A stretch of DNA of 64,000 bases from Neoechinorhynchus agilis (taxonomy: Eukaryota > Animalia > Acanthocephala): NCBI GenBank assembly GCA_051530055.1, contig CM121342.1:6075489-6139488 (forward strand), written 5' to 3'. A program made the translations under genes and the position numbers. The notes beneath the pieces were generated by a model that worked only from the letters and a program-made list of their open reading frames with translations, did not search any database and was not told where the DNA came from. Each line of letters starts with the position of its first letter. The stretch's first letter is position 1. Of the stretch, positions 11,433-23,925 are shown piece by piece.

Positions 11433-12958
11433 TCTGATGTAAAAGGTTCCTCGGAGGTATTATAGTGTTGCTGAGGTGATTCCTACTCTCCGGACAATAA
11501 AGATATTTCGCCGTGTAAATCCAGGATTCTCAAGCATAAAAATTCAAAATTAAACTTCAAAAATTAAAAATAATATCTTTATTGTCCGGAGAGTAGGAAT
11601 CACCTCAGCAACAGAACAAATATTCGTCTGATGTAAAAGGTTCCTCGGAGGTATTATAGCGTTGCTGAGGGGATTCCTACTCTCCGGACAATAAAGATAT
11701 TTCGCCGTGTAAATCCAGGATTCTCAAGCATAAAAATTCAAAATTAAACTTCAAAAATTAAAAATAATATCTTTATTGTCCGGAGAGTAGGAATCACCTC
11801 AGCAACAGAACAAATATTCGTCTGATGTAAAAAGTTCCTCGGAGGTATTATAGTGTTGCTGAGGGGATTCCTACTCTCCGGACAATAAAGATATTTCGCC
11901 GTGTAAATCCAGGATTCTCAAGCATAAAAATTCAAAATTAAACTTCAAAAATTAAAAATAATATCTTTATTGTCCGGAGAGTAGGAATCACCTCAGCAAC
12001 AGAACAAATATTCGTCTGATGTAAAAGGTTCCTCGGAGGTATTATAGCGTTGCTGAGGGGATTCCTACTCTCCGGACAATAAAGATATTTCGCCGTGTAA
12101 ATCCAGGATTCTCAAGCATAAAAATTCAAAATTAAACTTCAAAAATTAAAAATAATATCTTTATTGTCCGGAGAGTAGGAATCACCTCAGCAACAGAACA
12201 AATATTCGTCTGATGTAAAAGGTTCCTCGGAGGTATTATAGTGTTGCTGAGGGGATTCCTACTCTCCGGACAATAAAGATATTTCGCCGTGTAAATCCAG
12301 GATTCTCAAGCATAAAAATTCAAAATTAAACTTCAAAAATTAAAAATAATATCTTTATTGTCCGGAGAGTAGGAATCACCTCAGCAACAGAACAAATATT
12401 CGTCTGATGTAAAAAGTTCCTCGGAGGTATTATAGCGTTGCTGAGGGGATTCTCCGGACAAAAAGATATTTCGCCGTGTAAATCCAGGATTCTCAAGCAT
12501 AAAAATTCAAAATTAAACTTCAAAAATTAAAAATAATATCTTTATTGTCCGGAGAGTAGGAATCACCTCAGCAACAGAACAAATATTCGTCTGATGTAAA
12601 AAGTTCCTCGGAGGTATTATAGCGTTGCTGAGGGGATTCCTACTCTCCGGACAATAAAGATATTTCGCCGTGTAAATCCAGGATTCTCAAGCATAAAAAT
12701 TCAAAATTAAACTTCAAAAATTAAAAATAATATCTTTATTGTCCGGAGAGTAGGAATCACCTCAGCAACAGAACAAATATTCGTCTGATGTAAAAAGTTC
12801 CTCGGAGGTATTATAGTGTTGCTGAGGGGATTCCTACTCTCCGGACAATAAAGATATTTCGCCGTGTAAATCCAGGATTCTCAAGCATAAAAATTCAAAA
12901 ATTAAACTTCAAAAATTAAAAATAATATCTTTATTGTCCGGAGAGTAGGAATCACCTC
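11433..12958. repeat. 194-bp tandem array, ~8 units, each a foldback with a ~41-bp inverted repeat
   Basis: tctgatgt recurs at 11433, 11627, 11821 and 12015. The arms are gttgctgaggtgattcctactctccggacaataaagatatt and aatatctttattgtccggagagtaggaatcacctcagcaac. Confidence 0.97.
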
Positions 12959-13104
12959 GCACCTTTATTTTTTCTTAAAACGAGGAGAACGTTAGAATCG
13001 GCTTAAAATTAGTTTCTTCGATATCGCCCTGTCGATCTCACTATACCCAAAGTCTACATTTTTCTTTTTAAACAGTTTTGGTTCATAGATCGAGTTGATC
13101 ACTT

Positions 13105-14049
13105 TTAACTTGATGGTAAACAAAATAATCTATAGCATTGTACATTACAAATATCCGAATAATTACGCTTAGATTCATCGGAAACAAATGCGAACATTTG
13201 CTCACATTTACCTCGGCACCTAAAGTAACACTGATTCTTTGGAAAGATCTTAAAAGGAGTTGGACTCGTTTCTTGACTTAATAAGTTTCGAGCATCAGTT
13301 GCCGTCAAATTGCAAAACTCAATTCTACATTTTACATTGCACTTTCGCCACCACAATTCTTTGATTTCTTCGTCCGTGAACGTATGAACCGAGTGGCAAA
13401 ATCTCCAGCAATCCAAACTGCACTGTGCTTCAAAGAAACCTTTTTCTTGAATTGCAACGTTCATTGAATGTTTCGCTGCTCGATTCCAATCGCAAACGCC
13501 TTTTCTGCACTGTCTATTGCAACTTGACCAAAATGCATTTCGTCTCGGATTAGAAATCTCAACGAACAGTGAATGACACAAGGATTGACATTTATCAGTA
13601 CACAAAGCTTTGTTCAAAGGTTCAATTTGGTTATCTATGAATAGAATCGCAGTCACCGGTGGTCTACTTTTATCGCTTAAATCGAATAAAAGACAAAAAG
13701 TACCAATGCATCGATTGTTACATTGCGTCCAAAGAGCATTTCTCGCGTTCATTTGAATTCGTAAATACAAAGGATAACACAGAATTGAGCATTTAGATTT
13801 ACAGGAAAGATGATCGTTTTTTTCAATCAGTTCATTTTGTTCCCTAAGAAGTGTTCGTGGGCATACAATGAGGCGACATTTTATTCTACAATCCTCATTG
13901 AATTTGAAAAGTGGCATCGATAATGACGACTGACACACTGATTGGCACTCCCGATCGCAGTGTTCAATCGGTATCACTGAAGCCAGCAAGAATAATCTTA
14001 TCGAAACTCTAAGCAATATGAACAAAATAAAGCGACTTGAATTGAACAT
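13105..14049 (-). CDS. Secreted protein with five tandem 6-Cys modules (Cx3Cx3C-x~15-Cx3Cx4C), intronless
   Basis: 314-aa ORF with an N-terminal hydrophobic signal and five modules, e.g. CTDKCQSLCHSLFVEISNPRRNAFWSSCNRQCRKGVC. Confidence 0.85.
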   Translation of the reverse strand: MFNSSRFILFILLRVSIRLFLLASVIPIEHCDRECQSVCQSSLSMPLFKFNEDCRIKCRLIVCPRTLLREQNELIEKNDHLSCKSKCSILCYPLYLRIQMNARNALWTQCNNRCIGTFCLLFDLSDKSRPPVTAILFIDNQIEPLNKALCTDKCQSLCHSLFVEISNPRRNAFWSSCNRQCRKGVCDWNRAAKHSMNVAIQEKGFFEAQCSLDCWRFCHSVHTFTDEEIKELWWRKCNVKCRIEFCNLTATDARNLLSQETSPTPFKIFPKNQCYFRCRGKCEQMFAFVSDESKRNYSDICNVQCYRLFCLPSS

Positions 14050-14366
14050 TTTAATTTGTGTGTTAGTCTCAAATCACAGTTGGCGAATTTCGAACTCGTT
14101 TTCATGGTAACAATTAAACTTTAGTCTAAAAATAAGAAATATATTTCTAGTTTTTAAGCCCGTTTCGAACGCACGAAGCTCTCGAAACCGTGGTAAATCG
14201 TTTTATTTTTGTGATTGAAAACCTATAAAACGCCGTCGAACCCCTCAGAATAATCAATTTCCCGTGAAACTGAAAAGATAACGCAAAAGCGCAGAGCACA
14301 CAATTTTATTCCGAATAAAAATCGAAATAAAATCTCGAATTTAAAAAGGAGACGACCAAGCATTCG

Positions 14367-14775
14367 CTAACTAGCCCTCTTCTTCCTTTTGGTCCTTTTT
14401 GTCCTTCTTTTTCGTGCTTTGCTCACCTACAAATCAAGTATAAATTAAGTGAATTTCTACTAGGAAATAAAACAAATTACGGGTTTGCCCTTTTTCTTTT
14501 GTTTGCCCTTTTTCTTTTGTTTGCCCTTTTTACTCGGCTTCTTTTTCGTCCTCGCTTTTTTTGTCGGTTGTTTCTTATTCAATTCGATATTCTCGACAAC
14601 TACAGACCTTTTTAATTCAACGAGAAAAAACATTCTCGCCAGCAATTTCTTTGGCCACTTACCTCCGAGAACGTACATCGTTTCTACTCTTTCCAACCTC
14701 ACAAATCTCTTCAAGCTGCTGGCCGTGTTCATCCGCCCAACTTACACTCTTACTAACTTCACGTTTTAATTTCAT
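14367..14775 (-). CDS. 99-aa protein with a PP1-docking-like KSVSWAD motif and a very Lys/Arg-rich tail, 3 exons
   Basis: Exons 14775-14663, 14607-14481 and 14426-14367 with GT-AG introns of 55 and 54 nt give MKLKREVSKSVSWADEHGQQLEEICEV...KKGKQKKKGKPVSKARKRRTKRTKRKKRAS. Confidence 0.7.
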
Positions 14776-15291
14776 ATTTAAAAAACCGATCGAATTTCGT
14801 GTGACTACACAAATTAAGTTGTTGTTTTGGTTTAAATCGCAAAAATGCGAACATTAAAAAAACAATATATAAAAAAATTCGTGCACTACCGGCGGCAAAC
14901 ATTGAGATTCACAACACAGAAAAAAAAGAATATACCAGTAGAATTTTATTATTGAATCACAGAAGATTGAATTATTTATATTGGTTCTGGCGAAGAGATT
15001 ACAATGTAAAGATGGTCATCATTTTAACGTGAATTTTTTTATGGATCTCAATAACTTTTACAATAATAAAGCACAAAACGTGCAATCACCACCAATAATT
15101 GATTTATTTTTGATGATTTTCGGTCTTCTATCTAATCGAAGACAGATCTAGTCGATTAGATCATTCGAAATGATTTTAAGCGGCCGATTATTTTCGGATT
15201 TACACAATCTTGTACGCCTTTTGATCAACACTGTTTAAAGATCGAAATTAAGAGAAAAAATTAAAATATTCAAGCAAATGAATTTATGACT

Positions 15292-16020
15292 AAATAGTCT
15301 AATTGTCCTTTGCACCAATAGAATTCTTAGAGACTTGAAGTCTAATTGTCCTTTGCACTAATAGAATTCTTAGAGAGTCTAAGTCTAATTGTCCTTTGCA
15401 CCAATAGAATTCTTAGAGAGTCTAAGTCTAATTGTCCTTTGCACCAATAGAATTCTTAGAGACTTGAAGTCTAATTGTCCTTTGCACCAATAGAATTCTT
15501 AGAGAGTTGAAGTCTAATTGTCCTTTGCACCAATAGAATTCTTAGAGAGTTGAAGTCTAATTGTCCTTTGAACCAATAGAATTCTTAGAGACTTGAAGTC
15601 TAATTGTCCTTTGCACCAATAGAATTCTTAGAGAGTCTAAGTCTAATTGTCCTTTGCACCAATAGAATTCTTAGAGACTTGAAGTCTAATTGTCCTTTGC
15701 ACCAATAGAATTCTTAGAGACTTAGTCTAATTGTCCTTTGCACCAATAGAATTCTTAGAGACTTGAAGTCTAATTGTCCTTTGCACCAATAGAATTCTAA
15801 TAGAGTTGAAGTCTAATTGTCCTTTGAACCAATAGAATTCTTAGAGACTTGAAGTCTAATTGTCCTTTGCACCAATAGAATTCTAATAGAGTTGAAGTCT
15901 AATTGTCCTTTGCACCAATAGAATTCTTAGAGACTTGAAGTCTAATTGTCCTTTGCACCAATAGAATTCTTAGAGACTTGAAGTCTAATTGTCCTTTGCA
16001 CCAATAGAATTCTTAGAGAG
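15292..16020. repeat. 43-bp tandem array, ~17 units
   Basis: The unit is aagtctaattgtcctttgcaccaatagaattcttagagacttg, recurring at 15301, 15344 and onward. Confidence 0.97.
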
Positions 16021-16859
16021 CTGACTCGTTCGATGTCAGTTGCGGGAGATTGAGAGGGAATCATTTCGAAGCATTTAGAGAAATTCAGATGGACTCTGTG
16101 AGTGGTGCAGAAATCTTTGATGTGGATGATTTCGTTAGAGATTAAGGAGAAAAAGAGGTGGTGATTGAGTGATGAGATCGAAAGTTGGGTTTAAAGTTCG
16201 TACTCGTCACCTCAACTTTTACCCATTAATCCGGAGGAATAGGAGGTCTTAGGTCGCTATCCGATTTATTTCTTGAATCATTCGAATTCATGGTCCTTAT
16301 TCCGTTATTCGGAAATATTATGCGCCACATGCAATCAAAAATTCGTAAATTTATTCGAATTAAAGTCACTGTTTGTTTAGAGTCCTGCTCTTAGGTTTTG
16401 CTTGGTTGTAAATGAAAAAACTTGATCCTGTGACTTAATTCCTGAACTCCGCAATTCCGTTTGGGTACTTTACATTATAAGAGAAGTGCAGAAAGGAGTC
16501 TGTAGACTCGAATGCCGAGCCACGGGGGGAAATATAACGGGCACAGAGCTACTAAAAGTGTACTAAGCATTGCCGATGTTCTTTTTCGATGTGAAGGTGA
16601 AGTGAAGGATATTGATGGTTGCCTTTTATAGAGAAGTAACGTCGCAAAAGGAAGCAATGAGTAATACGAATAAATGGTAGAACCACTCATTGATACGCCC
16701 GCGAAATAGAAACCTTTTTATCCACCCCCGAAGATGATTCGATTTCATTGTCCTCAACGAGACATTTCCTTCAAAGAGAAATAATTAAGATTGAGGAGCG
16801 TGGAATGTCACCATGAAGAAAATTTTAATGGCGATGAAGATTCCTGGTTCCGGGCGTTA

Positions 16860-17620
16860 ATAAATAAACGCAAATTTTAGAGGTATTTCGTTTAAGAGTG
16901 AAATGTGTAAGTCCCGTTTCAGATTTTATTGAAATTGAAGCCGTAGAATTCTTAAAGAGTTGACTCTTTGGATGTCATTCGGAAGATGAAGGGATCATTT
17001 CGAAGCATTTAGAGAAGTTCAGGTGGAGTTCGTGAGGTTTGAATCTTTCCTTAGGTTCATTTCGTGTTAAGATATCCGAGAGAGGGAGAAGATTGGACAG
17101 TATGGAAAAAAGGAGCCAAGGTTGAGGGAGGATTTAAAGGAATCGGGATTGCGAGTGTTGTATTCGTGTGAAAAGAGGAATAAAATGTAGTGGGTGAAGG
17201 GATTTTTAAATGGCTTTGGCGTTTGAAGACGTAGATTTTAAAGGTATTTCATTCAAGAGTGAAATGTGTAAGTCCCATTTAGGATTTTATTGAAATTGAA
17301 GCCGTAGAATTCTTAAAGAGTTGACTCTTTGGATGTCATTTGGAAGATAAAGGGATCATTAAGAAGCATTTAGAGAAGTTCAGGTGGAGTTCGTGAGGTT
17401 TGAATCTTTCCTTAGGTTCATTTCGTGTTAAGATATCCGAGAGAGAGAAGATTGGACAGTATGGAAAAAAGGAGCCAAGGTTGAGGGAGGATTTAAAGAA
17501 ATTGGGATTGCGATTGTTGTATTCATGTGAAAATGGGAATAAAATGTAGTGAGTGAAGGGATTTTTAAATGGCTTTGGCGTTTGAAGACGTAAATTTTAA
17601 AGGTATTTCGTTTGTAGGAG
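16860..17620. repeat. Two tandem ~360-bp copies of a dispersed repeat element
   Basis: 16860-17220 is near-identical to 17220-17600 and shares segments with 700-835, 16030-16170 and 24250-24400. Confidence 0.85.
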
Positions 17621-17943
17621 AGTGAATAGTACTATTTACGATATCACCAAGAAAGAGTTAAAATTCCTTTGTTTGAACCAATAGATATGATTTTTAACGA
17701 AAAGTTGATGACTTTACGTCTTTCTTAGAGATAAACAGAAACAAAGTTCGTCATAACTCCTTGATTTTAAGCTCTAAAGGCACAGTGATGATTACCGTCT
17801 CCTTGGGAGGAATCTGATGATCGGTATTCGCAGGACAGCGCTTCCCTTACCAACAAATCAAAGATAACTTAAGTTACATATTGATGTGACCAACTGAGCC
17901 AAAACCAATTCGATACCGATTAATAGCACTCAAATCATTCTCC

Positions 17944-18339
17944 TCACTTTTTATCTACCTCGTTTTCATCATCATCATCATCATCATCATAATCATTATT
18001 CTCTGGCATATCAACAATTAAAACAAGATGCTTGAATACTCTCGATCTCAATCGTTTTTCCACTACACAATTCACTGCACTAACTAACGTCCTTCCATTT
18101 CGGCGCTCGACGTCCTTAATCCGCCCGTTAATCTCGATTGCATTAAACCCGTTTAAATCCTCCATAAGACTGTTGTACAATTTCTTAATGGACCCATGAC
18201 TGATCGTTCCTTCCTTGTCCAATTTCCCAAGTACGTCGTTCAATTCAATATTCAACGCTTGGTATTTGGTCGGCGCGGTCGCAATCTTCCATTTGTTCGA
18301 TTGATCTGAGTGTTCGATTGGGCTTTGGTCATCTTCCAT
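17944..18339 (-). CDS. Hypothetical 131-aa protein with an acidic C-terminal tract
   Basis: ATG-initiated ORF with coding-like composition; no family recognised. Confidence 0.55.
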   Translation of the reverse strand: MEDDQSPIEHSDQSNKWKIATAPTKYQALNIELNDVLGKLDKEGTISHGSIKKLYNSLMEDLNGFNAIEINGRIKDVERRNGRTLVSAVNCVVEKRLRSRVFKHLVLIVDMPENNDYDDDDDDDENEVDKK

Positions 18340-18740
18340 TAATGACTTATGGGGCCAAGTCTAAAATGGTCAGCAATACTGACGCTGTGATTCAAATAAA
18401 GTTTGAATTCTTGTGAAATCGACGAAAAAATGGGTTTCGGTTCAAAATGAAGCCGTCTATTTTGGTTTTGTCATCGACAGAGAAAATCCTTTAGGGTAAA
18501 CAAAGTATACCTTTTTTTTAAAAAAAATAATTCCATATTTTTAGTTTATTGGGGAAATAATTCGAAAGAGGCGAGGTTACCTCCTTCGAAATCTTCTTTT
18601 TCTTAGCCTTTCTCCAGTTTAAAGTATATTTATGGTTGTTTCTAGAATAAAAAATACGGCGAACTGTCACGTTGTTTAATTTTCCGATCAGTAAGTTATT
18701 AGCTAATGTGAATACACTATAGGAAATTCCGAATCTCTTT

Positions 18741-21469
18741 TTAAAACGCATAAGTTTCTCCTTCGCATCGTTCAACAACGAAACTGTCCACGTTCTTGGC
18801 TAAAATATCGGTCAATGAATCGAACGTTACATTGGCCATATCGTCAAAAAGGTTCACTTTTCTCTTTTCTTCGCTTCTTTTCCCTGACATTATGAGCTTC
18901 AGAGCGCCGTGTTTGATGGAAGATTCGGGATGCGTGGCATCGGTGGCTGCCTTTCGCGACCTTTGTGGACTTAAGAATCCCGCTGGTGATTCTGAATCGA
19001 GACTTCGGTTAAATCCCGTCCATTTAAGAACCCGTTCAACGATCACACTTGCAGAACTATTGATCGCATCAATCCCTTTGGTCAATGAATCGATAAAGGT
19101 ATAGATGAAAAGCCGCGTATCGTTGTACTTTGAAACAATTTCAACAACGTCGCTTATTGTTTTCTTTATGTAAGGATATTGGAAAAGAGATAGTTCTGCT
19201 GATCGAGGACCGGATATTTTTGGACGGAAAAATACGAATTCGTATAGGAATGCGCACAGAAGTTTGCAAAGATCCTTTGATTTAACGATTAAAATTGACT
19301 GATTACGAATTGTGTCCAATACGAACGTCCAGCATTGATCGAACGAGAATTGATCGTCCATCAGTTCGAGGATTGTTTTTGAGATTGGTCCAGGTAAACA
19401 ATCACGGTGGTTACCGCTTCGAATTCGCGTGTAAGCCAAATCGGTCAATCGGTGCTGATCAACGAGCGAAGTGAGAATATCGAAGCATAAACTGGATAAA
19501 CGAGCATCTTCGCTCGACAGTTCAACGAGTGAACAGACCGAATGTTTATCAGGGCGAAATTCTAGATCAATTGATCGACAAAAGTATTCAGATATAGCTA
19601 CAAGAGACGGTCGAACCAATGCGGATATTTGACGGACACTCGCAATATGGACGAAACATTGAAGAGTTTGATTTAAATAAGCGATGTTTGGAACATTTAA
19701 AGAAAACCCAGAATTCCAAACCTGCCGATGTAAGAAACACTGATTGGTACAGAACGTAGTTAAGGTATTAATGATGGTTCTCGTAGCCGTATCAGCAGGC
19801 TCTCCTCTATCCATGAATTTGACATTGATTTGAACGATATGTTGAAGCAGATGATCCAAATCTAAGATGATTTCGAGTCTCATAAGATTCGTATGTGCAA
19901 TCAAATGTTCAATTAAGGAAAATATGACGAGGATCGACTTGAGGTCATTGAGTAGGTCAAGTTGAGATACAAGTGCACTCGTGAGCATCGTGGCGGCAAA
20001 ACTTCCAGCACAACTTTGACTAGCGGACTCCATCATCACCTCAATGAGCTTCCGTGCGTTCTGCTCACATTCAACACTTCCACCACTTAAATTCTTAGCA
20101 ATGAAATGAGAAGCAGATAGACTGAGATCTCTAAAATGTGCCAAACTTATACAATGCTCAAAAATGTTACATAAAAGATCTCTGGACTCGTCTATCCAAT
20201 CCGAAGAATCTTTCAATGGCGTAAGAACAGGAACCAGGATTTTACTTGTAGCGTCCTTATGCATCCCAGATACCATCAAAGAGTTCTCGGAATCGGCTCG
20301 GAGTTTACGTTCGAGCGATTTTAGACCTCTAAGACCAATTAAACGAAGTCGATGATAGTCTTCAGTTTTCGGTATGGGAGTCATGCACAAGGAACAAAGA
20401 CAACTGAGCAGTTTTCCATAGTCGCGATTGTATTGAATGTTCTGCTCGAGAATGTCACAGAACTTGTTAAGAGAACCTATCGCCGAGTTTAACACATCGA
20501 AATCGGTCGAACCTCGAACTGAACACACTGAAAAGACGCTCTCTATTGTCCGTAGTTGCAGGAGCACTTTGTGAAAGAACACACGAAAAATCTAAAGCTT
20601 GAATCTCTTGTGGATAAAATTTTAGGCAAGGGCTCAAGTATAATTTTGAAATTTTCTGAAAACCTTCATTGAAATTATCTTTGCTTTTTAAGTAAGCGTT
20701 TTTAAAGGAAAATTGAACTTTTTTTAAATTTGAAAACCCTAAAACCTTAATCAAAGTGACTACTGTTTTCTAAATAAGCCTTTTTTAAAGGGAAATTAAA
20801 TTTAAAAACCCTAAAAACTCGATCAAAGTGACCACTGATTTATAAGCAAGCCTTTTTATAGGGAAATTAAATTTTTAAAAATTTGAAAACCTTAAAAACT
20901 CGATCAATGTGACCACTGATTTATAAGTAAGCCTTTTTATAGGGAAATGGAATTTAAAAACCCTAAAAAACTCGATCAAAGTGACCACTGATTTATAAGC
21001 AAGCCTTTTTATAGGGAAATTAAATTTTTAAAAATTTGAAAACCTTCATCAAAGTGACCACTGATTTCCAAGTAAGCCTTTTTAAACGGAAATAAAATTT
21101 AAAAAATTTGAAAGCCTTAAAACCTTAATCAAAGTGACCACTGCCTTTTAAATAAGGATCCACGAATAGAATCACCTGAGAATCGGGAACATTCTTCATC
21201 AGTTCTGTCATTGCCTGAAGCGATAGGATTACATAAGGCCAATCTCGGCGTCTCTTAAGATACCTCCGCGTCTTTTGTGATAGAAACACAAAAACCCGAT
21301 CGAGTTTCTCAGGTTGAGTTTGGACGAAGAATGCGAGTTTTGAGAGATCGTTCGTCTGTAAACCTTCTGCGGCACTGTGTTGAGGATAAATTTTAGTAAC
21401 CAATCTCTTATATTTCGTCATTAGATAAAATCCACAGCAGGAGCAGTCAGTAAGTTGTAGCGAAAACAT
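18741..21469 (-). CDS. EFR3: EFR3 homolog (PI4KIIIalpha plasma-membrane scaffold), 2 exons with a ~600-nt repeat-filled intron
   Basis: N-terminal CSCC...KYKRLVTKIYP...LSKLAFFVQTQPEKLDRV is the EFR3 signature. The intron runs from ~21141 (or 21138) to 20543. Exon 2 contains RLRLIGLRGL and runs to a stop at 18741. Confidence 0.88.
20690..21150. repeat. Irregular tandem repeats (aaaccct..tcaaagtgaccactg..aagcctttt) filling the EFR3 intron
   Basis: About six imperfect copies are visible; the last overlaps the splice donor region. Confidence 0.85.
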
Positions 21470-21499
21470 GCAAGCCCGCTATAGTGCCGAAAGTCAGAC

Positions 21500-22260
21500 G
21501 AGGAATAAATTTGGGTTTTTTTGCAATAAAATCGATTCAGAAATGGAAATGTCGCTAACTTCTTTGTTTTTTACATGATCGATGACGCGTAATTGCGAAG
21601 ATGAGATTTTTTGCGCAAAAATACGGAAGAATTGTTTTTATCCAGGTGGAACGGCTTTTTCACTGTGATAATGCCCATTGATCATTTGTGTTCGATAAAA
21701 TGGGATGCTTTTCGATCAAAGCATTTAAAAGGGCCTAAAATAGATAAATTTTTGCAGAAAAATGGAAATGTCGCTAAGGTCTTTGTTTTTTACATGATCG
21801 ATGACGCGTAATTGCGAAGATGAGATTTTTTGCGCAAAAATACGGAAGAATTGTTTTTATCCACGTGGAACGGTTTTTTCACTGTGATAATGCCGATGGA
21901 TCATTTGTGTTCGACAAATTGATACTCTTGCCGATAAAAAGCACTTAAAATTGACCAATTTTTGCAGAAAAATGGAAATGTCGCTAACGTCTTTGTTTTG
22001 CGAAACAAAAGAGACTGAAGAGGCAAGTAAAACCTTGCGAAATATTTCTCAAATAAAAAAATTAGTAACGACAACACCGGGGACAGGATTCGTCAACGTA
22101 CAAAAAAGGAAATGTCGCTAACTTCTTTGCTTTTTACACGATCGATGACGCATAATTGCGAAGATGGGATTTTGCGCTAAAATACGGAAGAATCGTACAA
22201 TTTGATAAGGACGCTTTTTATCCATGTGGAACGGTCGGTTTTTTGTCACTGCGATAATGT
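21500..22260. repeat. Three to four imperfect ~220-bp copies (ggaaatgtcgctaa...gatcgatgacgc.taattgcgaagatg)
   Basis: Copies begin near 21545, 21765, 21975 (partial) and 22108. Confidence 0.8.
22011..22050 (+). ncRNA. Minimal type I hammerhead ribozyme motif
   Basis: GAGA-CTGAAGA-G-GCAAG(taaaac)CTTGC-GAAA-TATT-TCTC: 4-bp stem I, 5-bp stem II, palindromic ATAT stem III, AUU site. Confidence 0.75.
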
Positions 22261-22514
22261 CGATTGATCGTCGGTATTCAATAAAATGAGGTTGTTATCG
22301 ATTTAAGGTTTTGAGTGGTTTTTCTATAAAATTGAAAGATTTGTTAGTTTTAACGTGCTTGGATGCTTTTTTTGTTATAAGAAATGCCAAGACTTTTTTT
22401 AAGTCGTTTTAGATTTTCGATGCTCTAGAATTTATGAACTTATTTTTTGTTGCTTTTAATCGGATTATTATTTTAAATTAATCCGAGATAATCAATAACA
22501 ACCCCAATTTAAAA

Positions 22515-23016
22515 ATGTCAGAGATGGAATCATTTCTTGACGACTACACTCGGAAAATCCTGGCTATATCTAATGCCAAGAAAATTCGTTCCGTTTGTCC
22601 GTTAGAAAAATCCGTTCAAGTTGATGAGCTTTCGATTCCTTTGACAAGTCCGTTCATTGAGTCTTCGAGTGTTCTTTTAGCGGATTTATGCAACAAAGTC
22701 GAGCAAAGATCATTGGTTAGATTAACGAATGTTCAACGAATGTCGGAGCTTGAACAGTGCATACAAGATGACAAGATCTGTATTCAAAATTTGAAAATGG
22801 CACTTAACAATCAGACTGAGAATGTATTGACGGTTATTTGAACAGATTTAAATTAATTTCAAATCACCGCCTAAAAATGTGTTAACCTGTGAAAAACAAG
22901 CGTTGAACGATAAGATTGTTGAGTTGGAGAAGAAACTGTCGTCATTTGCTGACTATGAACGTCTAAAAGAGAGAATTTGTCAACTTGAACGATTTATAGC
23001 GGAAAATCTGAAATAA
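22515..23016 (+). CDS. Hypothetical coiled-coil protein, probably 2 exons (splice junction uncertain)
   Basis: ORF 22515-22841 plus a downstream coiled-coil frame LNDKIVELEKKLSSFADYERLKERICQLERFIAENLK ending at 23016. A canonical intron at 22780-22900 is possible. Confidence 0.55.
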
Positions 23017-23925
23017 AAGATGCGTTACAATCATGGAATTTTTTGTCCTAATTATTGAGATTCCTATGGAACTGGCTAGGAGAGTAACGACGAGGGGGGT
23101 TGTATGGATTATTGATTTCTAGTTTTCATGTTCAATTAAACAATTTGATGGATCCAAGTTGCGTCCACATCTCTGCCGCTCACCGCGTTTGCCGTTTTTT
23201 TCTCATGAGTTTTCACGTATTAATTTTACACCGTTAAAACAGAACAAATCGAGTGAAAAATATGACGACTTCGTCGCAAGCAGAGAAAAACAAAGGCCAA
23301 CTCTAAAGAGATGAAATATAGTTTAAATTTTTTTGTTCTACGTGTGCCGCAACCACGGCTGTGGATTGCGAAATGACTAGAAATCATTATTTCGTTTCAT
23401 TTTTATCGTCGAGGCATTCGAGTCGTTTTGTACCGCGCCGCAGGACCTGATCAAAAGAAATTCAGGTGAATCACTGACGATCCGAGGGCAGGAGCATTCG
23501 TTTCAGAAAACATAGCCAACGGGAAAGGAAATTCTGCATCCGTCCTTTCGATCATTACAACACCAGAACGGCAGCTGAGTCGAACTTGGTGTAGGAAGTC
23601 GATGAAATCGAAATTAATAACAGCAAAGATATGACATTTCGGAGTCTCAAAAATGGAACTTACAAGCAACCTCGTGATAGAAAGCATGTATAAGATTGAT
23701 TTAACCAAAATTTCCTTCAGTTTTTCACCGGCATAAACAAACATAATTGCAATTGCCCCCAAAAACACAACACTTTCAAAATTTATCCTCTCAAACGTCT
23801 CCGACATTTAGGAATCCCTTCATCCGATCTCTACAAATTTTACTTCTGCTTTATTTTACGCTCCCTCATCTACGGTTAACCGTATTTTGCAACCTTTCCA
23901 AATCGATAATCCGCCGCCTTGAAAG

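Noticed and set aside
16200-16700. Possible APE-endonuclease remnant on the minus strand (YISPRGS, SDFNS)
   Set aside because: The motifs are too short and broken to support a call without a profile search.
21138-21146. GC-AG non-canonical intron in EFR3
   Set aside because: Two in-phase GT donors (21141 and 21138) are available a few nt away.
23346-23382. Hairpin gcaaccacggctgtggattgc followed by CTAG as a Helitron end
   Set aside because: It is a single instance, is followed by A rather than T, and has no matching 5' end or second copy in the window.
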